A DNA stretch of 64,000 nucleotides. It comes from Candidatus Uhrbacteria bacterium CG_4_9_14_3_um_filter_50_9 (GTDB taxonomy: Bacteria; Patescibacteriota; Patescibacteriia; UBA9934; GWF2-40-263). Shown here piece by piece: positions 16,137 to 24,903 of the stretch. The notes below the pieces were generated by a model. It was not told the origin of the DNA and ran no database searches. It was given only the letters and a program-made list of their open reading frames with translations. Each line of letters opens with the position of its first letter. The first letter of the stretch is position 1. Where the stretch lies: contig PFWU01000049.1 of assembly GCA_002791295.1 (NCBI GenBank), positions 47,350 to 111,349 of the forward strand, written 5' to 3'. Position numbers and translations under genes: made by a program.

Positions 16137-18069
16137 TGAAAAATTCGACAATCAATACAAACGAGAGGTTGAGCAGATCGAAGTTAATCAGGATTTGAAA
16201 CAGAAGATCGCTTCTCAACTCAAAATTGAACCAGAAAAACCTATGGAAAAGAAGACGCCGTTGTTCGTGTTGTTCAGTCCGCTCTTGGGTGTGACAGCTG
16301 TCGCACTCGTTCTCTTCTTTGTCGTTTCTCCTGACGCAATCGAAAACATGACAGACCCCATTGTGTATGGAGATCAGATCGATGACTGGGTGTTTGATGG
16401 GGTTGATGAGGAAGAGGTTCTCAGTAAATCATATGGATCCACGACGGGTCTTGGGAGTAGCGGATTCGGATCATTGAGTGCATTAGGTTCATCTCCAAGT
16501 GTGATAAGCGACATGGCTATGGAGGAATCGATTGGATTCTCTGTCGGTGGATCAAAAGATGTTGATAGTTTCCGAACGAACATCGAAAACGGCTATCTTC
16601 CACTTATTGACTCTCTTACCTACGAGGGATTGTTCTACGAATACTTCTTCGACACAGGAGCAGAGGAAGTGTGTGCGGATCTTTTTTGTCCGTCGTATAC
16701 AAAAGCGGTTTCTCTTGACCCTCTCTCTGGGGAAGAAGAATTCTATCTTGCTGTTGGTCTAAATTCTGGAATGACAGAAGCGGATTTCGAGCGAAAGAAA
16801 TTGAACCTTGTTGTGGTTATGGATATTTCTGGATCTATGAACTCCTCGTTTGATCAGTATTATTACGATGGGTATGGCAACTACATGGAGGTTGAAGAGT
16901 ACTCATCAGATTCAAAGATGGAAGTAGCGAATGAGTCTGTTGTTGGCTTGTTGAGTCACTTGAATAACGATGACCGCATTGGAATCGTCTTGTTTGATGA
17001 CGAGGCTTATGAAGCAAAGCCGGTGCGACTTGTAGGAGAAACCGATATGAATGCCCTGGAAGAACATATCTTGGACATCACCCCTCAAGGGGGGACAGAC
17101 ATGTCTGAAGGGATGGATATGGCGACAAAACTTCTCTCAGAATTTGAGGGAGTGGATGCAGATGAATACGAGAATCGCATCATTTTTATTACGGATGCCA
17201 TGCCAAATACGGGAGACATTTCAAAAGGAGGGTTACTGGGAATGGTAGAGGACAATGCTGATAAGGGAGTCTATACAACCTTTATCGGTGTGGGAGTCGA
17301 CTTCCAGTCTGAGTTAATTGAGTCCATTACAAACGTTCGAGGAGCGAACTACTATTCTGTGCATTCATCTAAAGAATTCTCTGAACGCATGGATGAAGGA
17401 TTCGAGTACATGGTGACTCCGCTTGTATTCAACTTAGAACTTGTACTTGAGGCTGAGGGATATGACATCGAAGCGGTGTACGGATCGCCAGAAGCAAATC
17501 TTGCAACGGGTGAAATTCTGTATGTGAATACACTTTTCCCATCGAAGACTACTGGAGGAGAGACGCGTGGAGGTCTGATCTTGCTCAAACTGACAAAGAC
17601 GTCTGAAAATGCAGAAATGTCTTTGAGTGCTCAGTATGAAGATCGTACGGGCACAGTATTTTCAACAGATGAAGAGATTACGTTTGAGCATACCCAAGCA
17701 GGTTCATACGATACAACCGGCATCCGAAAGGGAATTCTTCTTTCACGATATGTCGATGTATTGAAAAACTGGATGATCGATGAGCGAGGGGCAATGGTGT
17801 ATGCACGTGACATAGAAGTTTCGCTGAACGATGAAGTGGGTATTACGGCTCCAGACAGTATCCCTACAGGAAGTCTGTGGGAGCAGACGTCTGTTCCACT
17901 TACCGTGGCACAAGCGTATCAAGAGTTGTTTGTGCAGTTCTTAGAACACTTTAAGTCTGAGATGAAAGAGCTTGATGACGCAGAGCTTGAGCAAGAGATT
18001 GAGATTCTGGAAACCCTTGTGGGGGCACCGAGAGGGTTGCTGGAAGGATTCATGGAAGATTTTTTTTGA
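16129..18069 (+). CDS. Membrane protein with von Willebrand factor A domain; putative anti-sigma factor partner
   Basis: The start overlaps the sigma gene stop by 8 nt. A ~45-aa cytoplasmic N-terminus precedes one TM helix (LFVLFSPLLGVTAVALVLFFVV). The vWA domain has a DxSxS MIDAS motif (VVMDISGSMN). Confidence 0.6.
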   Translation: MLNEKFDNQYKREVEQIEVNQDLKQKIASQLKIEPEKPMEKKTPLFVLFSPLLGVTAVALVLFFVVSPDAIENMTDPIVYGDQIDDWVFDGVDEEEVLSKSYGSTTGLGSSGFGSLSALGSSPSVISDMAMEESIGFSVGGSKDVDSFRTNIENGYLPLIDSLTYEGLFYEYFFDTGAEEVCADLFCPSYTKAVSLDPLSGEEEFYLAVGLNSGMTEADFERKKLNLVVVMDISGSMNSSFDQYYYDGYGNYMEVEEYSSDSKMEVANESVVGLLSHLNNDDRIGIVLFDDEAYEAKPVRLVGETDMNALEEHILDITPQGGTDMSEGMDMATKLLSEFEGVDADEYENRIIFITDAMPNTGDISKGGLLGMVEDNADKGVYTTFIGVGVDFQSELIESITNVRGANYYSVHSSKEFSERMDEGFEYMVTPLVFNLELVLEAEGYDIEAVYGSPEANLATGEILYVNTLFPSKTTGGETRGGLILLKLTKTSENAEMSLSAQYEDRTGTVFSTDEEITFEHTQAGSYDTTGIRKGILLSRYVDVLKNWMIDERGAMVYARDIEVSLNDEVGITAPDSIPTGSLWEQTSVPLTVAQAYQELFVQFLEHFKSEMKELDDAELEQEIEILETLVGAPRGLLEGFMEDFF

Positions 18070-18253
18070 TCATTGCCAGCGAGGAATATGTGTCATTTGT
18101 TGCGCGGTTGTCATGAGTCGAGGAGATACATTGCCTGAGGTGATTCGTGCGCTTGGAGCAAAATCTGCAACAGCCAAGGATGTAAAGAAAAAGGCCTAGG
18201 AAACGTTTACTCTCCTTGGAGTCGTGGCGAAATGATGTTATTCTGTCTTTACT

Positions 18254-18502
18254 ATGAGCGATCAAGTTTCAACCAATGAAATCATGGAGTTCCTCAAGGA
18301 GAACATGGTTATGAGGGAGGAAATCGAGTCCATTGTCGACTCAAGGGTTCTGGCATCTGAATCCAGAGTTATCGAGCATGTGGATCGTTTCGCGAAGCTT
18401 CATGAGACTCTCGATCAAGAGCTCATCATGTTGCGCAGCAAGTATGATCGACTCGAGGAACGCCTTGACCTTGTTGAAGCAAAACTTGGAATGACTGTCT
18501 GA
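18254..18502 (+). CDS. Small coiled-coil hypothetical protein
   Basis: 82 aa, heptad-like Glu/Leu-rich sequence. Followed by a terminator. Confidence 0.4.
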   Translation: MSDQVSTNEIMEFLKENMVMREEIESIVDSRVLASESRVIEHVDRFAKLHETLDQELIMLRSKYDRLEERLDLVEAKLGMTV

Positions 18503-18506
18503 ACAC

Positions 18507-18536
18507 AAACACCCTCCATCACGGAGGGTGTTTGTT
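18507..18536. terminator. Bidirectional rho-independent terminator between convergent genes
   Basis: acaccctcc-atca-cggagggtgt, flanked by an A-run on one side and a T-run on the other. Confidence 0.65.
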
Positions 18537-18541
18537 TAGAC

Positions 18542-19192
18542 TCAAGCGTTTTTGTTGATACTTGTTTTGATTCGGATCAGTCCGTAAACAATTAGGAGAC
18601 TTCCAACGAGGGTGTTTAGTGTTTGAATGACGGGTACTGGCACGGATTCTTTTAGGAGTGAAAAAAGTATCACTGCTGTTCCCATGAAAAGAAATGTTGC
18701 CAGACCTACAGAGAGTCCAAAAATGAGCAGTTGGTGTTTTGTATAATGGTACTCTACGGCTTTTGCAGAAAAGAGGCCGGTGAAGAAGAGGATTGTCATT
18801 GGATTTGTGATGGTGAGCACGAAGACAGAGAGAAAGCTCGAGAATAGGGTTGGTGTCTCTGACAGGGTGGATGTGGGGGCGGAGATCGTGCTTGCTCCGT
18901 AGATAAAAAGGACGCCAAATGCAATGAGGATGACGGAGCTTATGATGCCGAATGATTTACGAACATGTTTCTTTTCTAAAAGTTTTCCAACACCTAAAAT
19001 CGCAAGAGTAATATAGAGATAGTCGACGGCTGTGACCGCAAATACTCCAACCACGCCATCAAGAAATGATTTTTGTAGGGTTAGATTCGCGATAAATAGA
19101 AAGACAGGACCGATCGCCAGCTGAAGGGTGAGTCCCGTAACTAAACCCGTCACAAATATTTTAACTGGAGAAGTACGCACACTCTTAAGCAA
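18542..19192 (-). CDS. LysE/RhtB-family amino-acid exporter-like membrane protein
   Basis: 216 aa, six hydrophobic helices, and a GPV motif in the first helix as in LysE-type translocators. Confidence 0.55.
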   Translation of the reverse strand: MLKSVRTSPVKIFVTGLVTGLTLQLAIGPVFLFIANLTLQKSFLDGVVGVFAVTAVDYLYITLAILGVGKLLEKKHVRKSFGIISSVILIAFGVLFIYGASTISAPTSTLSETPTLFSSFLSVFVLTITNPMTILFFTGLFSAKAVEYHYTKHQLLIFGLSVGLATFLFMGTAVILFSLLKESVPVPVIQTLNTLVGSLLIVYGLIRIKTSINKNA

Positions 19193-19198
19193 GGGTCT

Positions 19199-20509
19199 TT
19201 ATAGCTCTTTAATGTTACTCACTCGTTTAACTTCGATCTTTTCTGTTTTTATATCTGCTTTCGTTGGGATGGCGGCGCACTCAATGCCGAGTCGGCTGGC
19301 TTCAGTGAGTCGTTTCTGGGTGAGGGGAGCGCTGCGGACTTCGCCACCGAGACCGACTTCGCCGATGTAGACGGTGGGGGTGGTGTTGGCTTGGTTTGTG
19401 AAGGCGCTTTTGATTGCCGCGCAGATGGCTAGGTCCACGGCGGGTTCTTTGAGCTTCATTCCGCCGATCACGTTCACGTAGACATCTTTATCGCCGAGTT
19501 TCAGGCCGGCGCGTTTACTCAAAATGGCGACGAGCATCTGGAGCCGGTTTTGATCAAACCCAGACGCACGACGCACGGGGGTGCCGTAAAAGCTGTTTTC
19601 AACCAGCGCCTGAACTTCTACCAGAAAGACGCGTGACCCTTCGATCGTTGCGGCGATCACGGAGCCAGGCGTATTCGCGCGTTCTTCTAGGAACCTGGCA
19701 GATGGATTCTCAACAGCGATCAGGCCTTTCTCGGTCATCTCAAACACGCCGATTTCGTCCGTGGCTCCGAAACGATTTTTGTTTGCGCGAAGCATACGGT
19801 AGGCGTGGACCGGGTCACCCTCGATTTCGATTACGACGTCGACGAGGTGTTCGAGCGTCTTCGGTCCTGCGATGGATCCGTCTTTGGTGACTTGTCCAAC
19901 AAGAAGAATAGAAACGCCTGTACGTTTAGCTGTTTCAAGAAGAAGGGCTGTGGCGTAACGCACGAGGGCAGGGGAGCCGGTGGTACTGTCGAGTTCGTCA
20001 GACGTGAGGGTCTGCACAGAATCGATGATGACGAGCGCAGGTTTTTCTTTTTCAATGGTTTGGGCGAGTAACTCTACGGGGAGTGGATCGAGGATACGCA
20101 CATGGTCCGTAGGTTTTTCGATGCGGTGAAAACGTGCGGCGAGCTGGCCTGGGGATTCTTCACCTGAGATGTAGAGCACCGTGTCCCGTATCGAACCGGC
20201 GATCGCAGCGACGATCGTTGACTTTCCAATACCTGGCTCGCCTGAGATGAGGACCAGCGATCCTTTTACGATTCCACCCCCGAGCACACGGTTGATTTCC
20301 GGGTCGCCAGTTGGAAGACGTTCGTGTTCATTTTGTTTTGCGACATCCTTGAGCGGTTGGCTCGCTGTTGTTTTTACAGGAGTCGAAGAAGACGAGCGTT
20401 TTTTGCTCGTCCCTCCTTGTTCTTCTGTGAGGGTTCCCCACTTGGCACATTCCGTGCATCGCCCAGCCCACTTGGGGAATTGCGAGTCACAATTGCTACA
20501 GATAAACAT
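19199..20509 (-). CDS. radA: DNA repair protein RadA/Sms
   Basis: N-terminal C4 zinc finger (CSNCDSQFPKWAGRCTECAKW), Walker A GEPGIGKST, KNRFG motif, and a Lon-protease-like C-terminal domain. The start was moved to the internal ATG (MFICSNC); the upstream part of the ORF-track call overlaps the next gene. Confidence 0.9.
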   Translation of the reverse strand: MFICSNCDSQFPKWAGRCTECAKWGTLTEEQGGTSKKRSSSSTPVKTTASQPLKDVAKQNEHERLPTGDPEINRVLGGGIVKGSLVLISGEPGIGKSTIVAAIAGSIRDTVLYISGEESPGQLAARFHRIEKPTDHVRILDPLPVELLAQTIEKEKPALVIIDSVQTLTSDELDSTTGSPALVRYATALLLETAKRTGVSILLVGQVTKDGSIAGPKTLEHLVDVVIEIEGDPVHAYRMLRANKNRFGATDEIGVFEMTEKGLIAVENPSARFLEERANTPGSVIAATIEGSRVFLVEVQALVENSFYGTPVRRASGFDQNRLQMLVAILSKRAGLKLGDKDVYVNVIGGMKLKEPAVDLAICAAIKSAFTNQANTTPTVYIGEVGLGGEVRSAPLTQKRLTEASRLGIECAAIPTKADIKTEKIEVKRVSNIKEL

Positions 20510-20510
20510 A

Positions 20511-21728
20511 CTAGTTACAGGTTGATGACATTTTTGGTTTTTCAAAGTGCCAAGGCTCAGACCGAAGGTTGCAGAAACCCTCAGCACGCATCGCATCAAT
20601 GAGTGTTCCCTGACAATCATCTTCTCTACAAGCATCTCGATCAGCAAGACATTCGTCTTGAGAAAGACATTGTGCTCCACCCTTGGTTCCCCAGATATCG
20701 AGTGCACGGCCTGTTGTATGCGGACAATTGGCTGGATCGTTGTTGCGCAGAATACAGGTGGTTGGTCTCCCTGGTTTTGGATTGCAGGTGGCTGACCCTG
20801 CTGGATTTTGACAGTTTTTTGCAATGAGTGCTTTTTGTTTTTCCACACTTCGATAACTTGAGGAAATGGCAATACCATATCCCTTATCAGCCATGGTCGC
20901 AGCAGCCGCTTCAATATCTGTGACAAGTTCATCTGGAATGCTCGAAACACCTCCGCCGGTAATATTTGAACCACTGGCTGTGCTCAGGCTTGTGGCCACA
21001 GTTCCTGTGACAGAATCATCCTCACTTTCTTCTCCATCAATCGCTTCAAACTTAATGTTTGTAAGAGTTGGGGTTTCAAGTGAGACGAGCTGTGGGTTTA
21101 CAAGATACAAAATTGAGTAGGTGCTTAACAAAAGGACTAATCCTATGACCGCATTTTTGATGCGTTCTTTCGCCTTTCCCACATCCCCATGACCACCTGC
21201 AAAGGCATACTGAAGGCCACCAATCATGATCATGATAATGGCAATAAGAATTGAGATGCCAATCAGATAGACATAGATTGCAGAAACATAGAGTTCAAAA
21301 AAGTTGAAATCAAGGACACTGTCACCACCCGCTGTGACACTTTTTGTGACGGAAAAATTACCCACGTTTAATCCAGGAATATCAACATTCAAGGTTGGGG
21401 TAATCGTCTTGGCTGTATTTGAAGTCGTAGACGTTGAGGTGGCGGTTGGGTCGGTATTTGACAGACCTGCGCCAGAGCAGGTGGTCGTGCACTCAATAGA
21501 GGCCGAGGTGGTTGTGCAGGTACAGAATCCATCATCTCCAACGCTCTGAAGTGTCTCTCCAAACGAGGCACAGGCGGCGGTGCACTCGTCCTCGGAATTT
21601 TCTGAGGAACCGACACCATTTTCATCGTAGCAGGAGCAGTCAGCAAGGACGGGGGTTGCGGAAAAAAGGAGTCCTGCCAAAACAACAGAAAAAAGGAGTG
21701 TACCGATAGTGAACTGTTGTCGTTTCAT
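20511..21728 (-). CDS. Secreted Cys-rich protein with a VirB2/TrbC-like two-helix membrane hairpin, fused to a peptidase M15 (VanY/LAS-type) peptidoglycan hydrolase-like domain
   Basis: Signal peptide MKRQQFTIGTLLFSVVLAGLLFSATPVLA. A 9-Cys region (CSCYDENG...CTTTCSGAG). The hairpin YVYLIGISILIAIIMIMIGGLQYAFAGG-KAKERIKN-AVIGLVLLLSTYSILYLV. The C-terminal SSYRS...HTTGRALDIWG is typical of LAS/M15 zinc peptidases. Confidence 0.55.
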   Translation of the reverse strand: MKRQQFTIGTLLFSVVLAGLLFSATPVLADCSCYDENGVGSSENSEDECTAACASFGETLQSVGDDGFCTCTTTSASIECTTTCSGAGLSNTDPTATSTSTTSNTAKTITPTLNVDIPGLNVGNFSVTKSVTAGGDSVLDFNFFELYVSAIYVYLIGISILIAIIMIMIGGLQYAFAGGHGDVGKAKERIKNAVIGLVLLLSTYSILYLVNPQLVSLETPTLTNIKFEAIDGEESEDDSVTGTVATSLSTASGSNITGGGVSSIPDELVTDIEAAAATMADKGYGIAISSSYRSVEKQKALIAKNCQNPAGSATCNPKPGRPTTCILRNNDPANCPHTTGRALDIWGTKGGAQCLSQDECLADRDACREDDCQGTLIDAMRAEGFCNLRSEPWHFEKPKMSSTCN

Positions 21729-21729
21729 A

Positions 21730-23025
21730 TTAGTAGTCTAAACATGTCAGTAAATCTCCTCCACGCTCCCAAGTCATATGTACGTGTGGACCTGAGGTGT
21801 TTCCTGCTTGTTGATAATCTTGGCAGCTGCAAGATTGTGCAGCGTAAGGGTCTGTACAGGCTGTTCCACCTACATTACACCAACCGTATTTTGCAGAGTA
21901 CCAATTAGCCGGTGGGTTCTGGTCGTCACAACAGTTCCCCCCAATGTGACCAATGGTGGCTCCCTGTTCTACCGTGACGCCATCTAATACCTTTCCGCTG
22001 TCATTAATAAAGTCCTTCATGTGACAGATAACCAAGCTTGCTCCAGCTGCGTCTCCTGTCCCTGTGATGGTCACACGGTTTCCGCAACGGTTCTTATCAT
22101 CCGTTTGTTTTTCATACGTGAGTGTTCCACTGATTGGTGCTTTAATTTCAAGTCCCCATCCAGCGGCAAAGTCCAAGTTGTTGATTTTTTTGTAATCTCC
22201 GTTTGCCCCATCATCAAACCAGTGGTGGTTTCCACAGTTAGGCTGCCCACCGGTGGGGGAGATCACGGTTTGTGAGATGTCGCAGGTTCCGTCATCCTTA
22301 GCTGTTGCGACGATTGCGTCGCATGTGGAGCGACTTATGTTTGAGGGGACTCCTTCATCTCCAGATGCAGCTAAGTCTAATTTGATCTCGTTTACCTCAA
22401 GTAATTTGAGCGCATCAAAGAAGACAAGGTTTGGGTTTACGAGAAAGAGAATCATGAACACGCTTAGTAAGAGAGAGAATCCAATGATGGCGTTGTTGAT
22501 GCGCTTCTTGGCCTTTGCCGTATCTCCACCACCTGCAGCAAAGGTGTACTGGAGGCCACCAATCATGACCATAATAATCGCAAGAAAGGCACCTATTCCG
22601 ACTAAGTATTGGTAGACACTGGAGACGTAGTCACCCAACCAGCTAATCTCAAGGTTGCCTTTTTTTGAAATAACGTCTGTAAACGAAAAACCAGGAATAT
22701 CAACGTTGAGGTTTGGTTCAACGTAGTCTTTCGTGTCCGTGACGGTGGGTGGTTCATGGGAGTAGCCTGCTGCAGCACAAGTGGTTTCGCAGGTAATGGT
22801 TGCAGATGTATTACTTTCTGGACAATCACAGACACCATCTTCCTCTGTCGCTCCTCCTTCACCACAGGCGGTCACACATTCCGCTGTTCCATCCAGAGAT
22901 GAGCTTAAGCCACCATCTTCGTAACAGGTGCAAGCGAAGGCAGTATTCGCACTCCCGAGCAACATGAAACCAACCATCAAGAATGTTGCGAGGATGTGTT
23001 TAAGAAAAAAAGACATGATCCACAT
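21730..23025 (-). CDS. Paralogous secreted Cys-rich protein with VirB2/TrbC-like hairpin fused to a peptidase M23 (LytM-type) domain
   Basis: Same architecture as 20511..21728: signal peptide, a 9-Cys region, and the hairpin YQYLVGIGAFLAIIMVMIGGLQYTFAAGG-TAKAKKRINN-AIIGFSLLLSVFMILFLV. The C-terminus carries an M23 signature (...GATIGHIGG...SGPHVHMTWE). Confidence 0.6.
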   Translation of the reverse strand: MWIMSFFLKHILATFLMVGFMLLGSANTAFACTCYEDGGLSSSLDGTAECVTACGEGGATEEDGVCDCPESNTSATITCETTCAAAGYSHEPPTVTDTKDYVEPNLNVDIPGFSFTDVISKKGNLEISWLGDYVSSVYQYLVGIGAFLAIIMVMIGGLQYTFAAGGGDTAKAKKRINNAIIGFSLLLSVFMILFLVNPNLVFFDALKLLEVNEIKLDLAASGDEGVPSNISRSTCDAIVATAKDDGTCDISQTVISPTGGQPNCGNHHWFDDGANGDYKKINNLDFAAGWGLEIKAPISGTLTYEKQTDDKNRCGNRVTITGTGDAAGASLVICHMKDFINDSGKVLDGVTVEQGATIGHIGGNCCDDQNPPANWYSAKYGWCNVGGTACTDPYAAQSCSCQDYQQAGNTSGPHVHMTWERGGDLLTCLDY

Positions 23026-23678
23026 TAAGGAGTGTTTGCAAGCAGATCCTCGATCATCTCGATGAGTTGCTCAGAGCTCACGGCACCTACGAGGATTTCA
23101 TCTCCGATAAAGAGGGTGGGGGTGGAAGTGAGTCCAAGGCCAAGAGCTTCTTCGTAGTCTTTTTTTACGATTGGAAGGGTCTCTCGGTCGTCGTAGCAGG
23201 ATTGGAATTTTTCCACATCGAGCCCAAGCGTTGTTGCGATTTGTAAAAACTGACTTTCAGAAAGATAACTCTGTCGCACAAAGAGTTCATCATGGTACCC
23301 CCAAAATGTTCCTTGTCGATCGGCACAGTGTGCGGCAATGGCTGCGGGGGTTGATAATTCGTGTAGCGATTCATTTGGAAGATCTTTCCACACCACTTGT
23401 ACGTCGTCTGGATAGCTGCTGAGAATGGTTTGAAGCGTGCTGCTAAGGGTCTTGCAGGGACCGCACTCAAAATCACCATACTCAATGATGGTCACCGTTG
23501 GTTCTTCAGCCCCCTTTGCTGGATTCACAAACGTGACGGTGGGTTCGCTCACCTCTTGGATGTCATCTGTGTACGCATCGTAGTTTATTTCAACAGGTCG
23601 CACGCGCAGCCAAAAGAAGATAAATACAAGTGCTGAGAGCATGCCGAAGGTGAACAATGTTAAATAACGGTGTTGCAT
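23025..23678 (-). CDS. Membrane-anchored thioredoxin-fold thiol:disulfide oxidoreductase (DsbA/BdbD-like)
   Basis: N-terminal TM helix and a CGPC active-site motif (DFECGPCKTL) in a ~170-aa thioredoxin-like domain. The start overlaps the upstream gene. Confidence 0.65.
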   Translation of the reverse strand: MQHRYLTLFTFGMLSALVFIFFWLRVRPVEINYDAYTDDIQEVSEPTVTFVNPAKGAEEPTVTIIEYGDFECGPCKTLSSTLQTILSSYPDDVQVVWKDLPNESLHELSTPAAIAAHCADRQGTFWGYHDELFVRQSYLSESQFLQIATTLGLDVEKFQSCYDDRETLPIVKKDYEEALGLGLTSTPTLFIGDEILVGAVSSEQLIEMIEDLLANTP

Positions 23679-23679
23679 A

Positions 23680-24894
23680 TTATCGCAGGTACATCAGTTG
23701 AAGTTGACCGTTATCGTTTGTGAAATAAAGTTTGGTGCCGTCGTCGCTGACCCAGAGACCACTGATCACTGTGTCATCCTCAGGAATTGCGAGAAGACTT
23801 GCGCGACCGGTCTTCACATCAATGTAGTAAATGACATCCGGTCCAACATCAGAGAGGGATCGTTGTAAGCCAGCACTTGATTTAAGGGCTGTGGGGACGG
23901 CGCAGTAGACTTCAGAGCTTGAGTGCCATGTACATTTGTCTGCCCACGTGTTGAGTCCGAGGCTATGACGATCATTTCCCATGGTGTTTGACGTTGCCTC
24001 TACCAACCAGATGAGAGGCTTGAAATCACTATATTCACCCGCAACGGAATAAAGAAGTTGTTTTCCGTTTGGAGACCAGAGGGAAATAAAATCAAGTCCC
24101 TCAACCGTGAGGCCTTTGAAGTTTTCTTCGTTTTTTCCAACAGGAATTATGAAGCGTCGATCAAAGCCACCTTCGCGTGATTCAACGGTGTCTGCGAACG
24201 CGACCACCTGGTCATTTGGGGACCAGTTGACGTCCACCTTGCTTTCGTTTTGACCAAGAGCGGCGATGCTTTCTGTTTGTGAACCATCATCACTTGCAAT
24301 GACGAGCCATCGGTTATTCGGATCAAGTCCAATGCTTTTGGCAATGATTTCGTCTGTGACGGGCGAGAAGTCAAAGTCTTCCCAATGGTCAGGGAGGGTG
24401 ACCTGATCTTCTGTTTCAAAATCGTAGATAATGTTCGATCCGTCTGGAAATTCAAGTAAGGCTTTTTCTGAGTCCTTGTTCCATACGACTGTTTCTACTT
24501 CTGGGAATTGGGTTGAGCTCATGGCAACGACTTCACCGTCTTCGTTGATGGTATAGAAGCGTCCATCTGTTGGATCGTAGTAGTTGACATCGTTTCCGTT
24601 GATGACCGTGTCCGTCACTTCTGAAGTGGTGAGAGTTGTGGTGGCTGTCACGCCTCCACGCGCAACGGTGTCTGCCTCGGTAAGACCAACACCTTCGCCT
24701 GTTGTGTCATCGTCTCCCCTCACACCACCTTCTCCAGAAGACGGAAGCACTCCCGTGAGTTCTTCTTCCGTATCTTCAACGGTTGCTTCAGGAGGGGCAC
24801 TGCGGAAAAAAAGAGCATAGAGGATGAAGGCAAAGGCAAAGACGGAGAGAACGAATCCGATGATGAGAAGAATGCGTTTAAGTCGTTGGCTCAT
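23680..24894 (-). CDS. Membrane-anchored protein with PD40/TolB-like beta-propeller repeats
   Basis: N-terminal TM anchor. Repeated W-S-P-N/D-G motifs (VNWSPNDQVVAF, LWSPNGKQLLYS, WVSDDGTKLYF). Confidence 0.5.
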   Translation of the reverse strand: MSQRLKRILLIIGFVLSVFAFAFILYALFFRSAPPEATVEDTEEELTGVLPSSGEGGVRGDDDTTGEGVGLTEADTVARGGVTATTTLTTSEVTDTVINGNDVNYYDPTDGRFYTINEDGEVVAMSSTQFPEVETVVWNKDSEKALLEFPDGSNIIYDFETEDQVTLPDHWEDFDFSPVTDEIIAKSIGLDPNNRWLVIASDDGSQTESIAALGQNESKVDVNWSPNDQVVAFADTVESREGGFDRRFIIPVGKNEENFKGLTVEGLDFISLWSPNGKQLLYSVAGEYSDFKPLIWLVEATSNTMGNDRHSLGLNTWADKCTWHSSSEVYCAVPTALKSSAGLQRSLSDVGPDVIYYIDVKTGRASLLAIPEDDTVISGLWVSDDGTKLYFTNDNGQLQLMYLR

Positions 24895-24903
24895 AGAAAA
24901 AGG

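Noticed and set aside
20510-20974. N-terminal 155-aa extension of the RadA ORF
   Set aside because: It overlaps the upstream hydrolase gene in another frame. RadA homology, including the zinc finger, starts at the internal Met at 20509.
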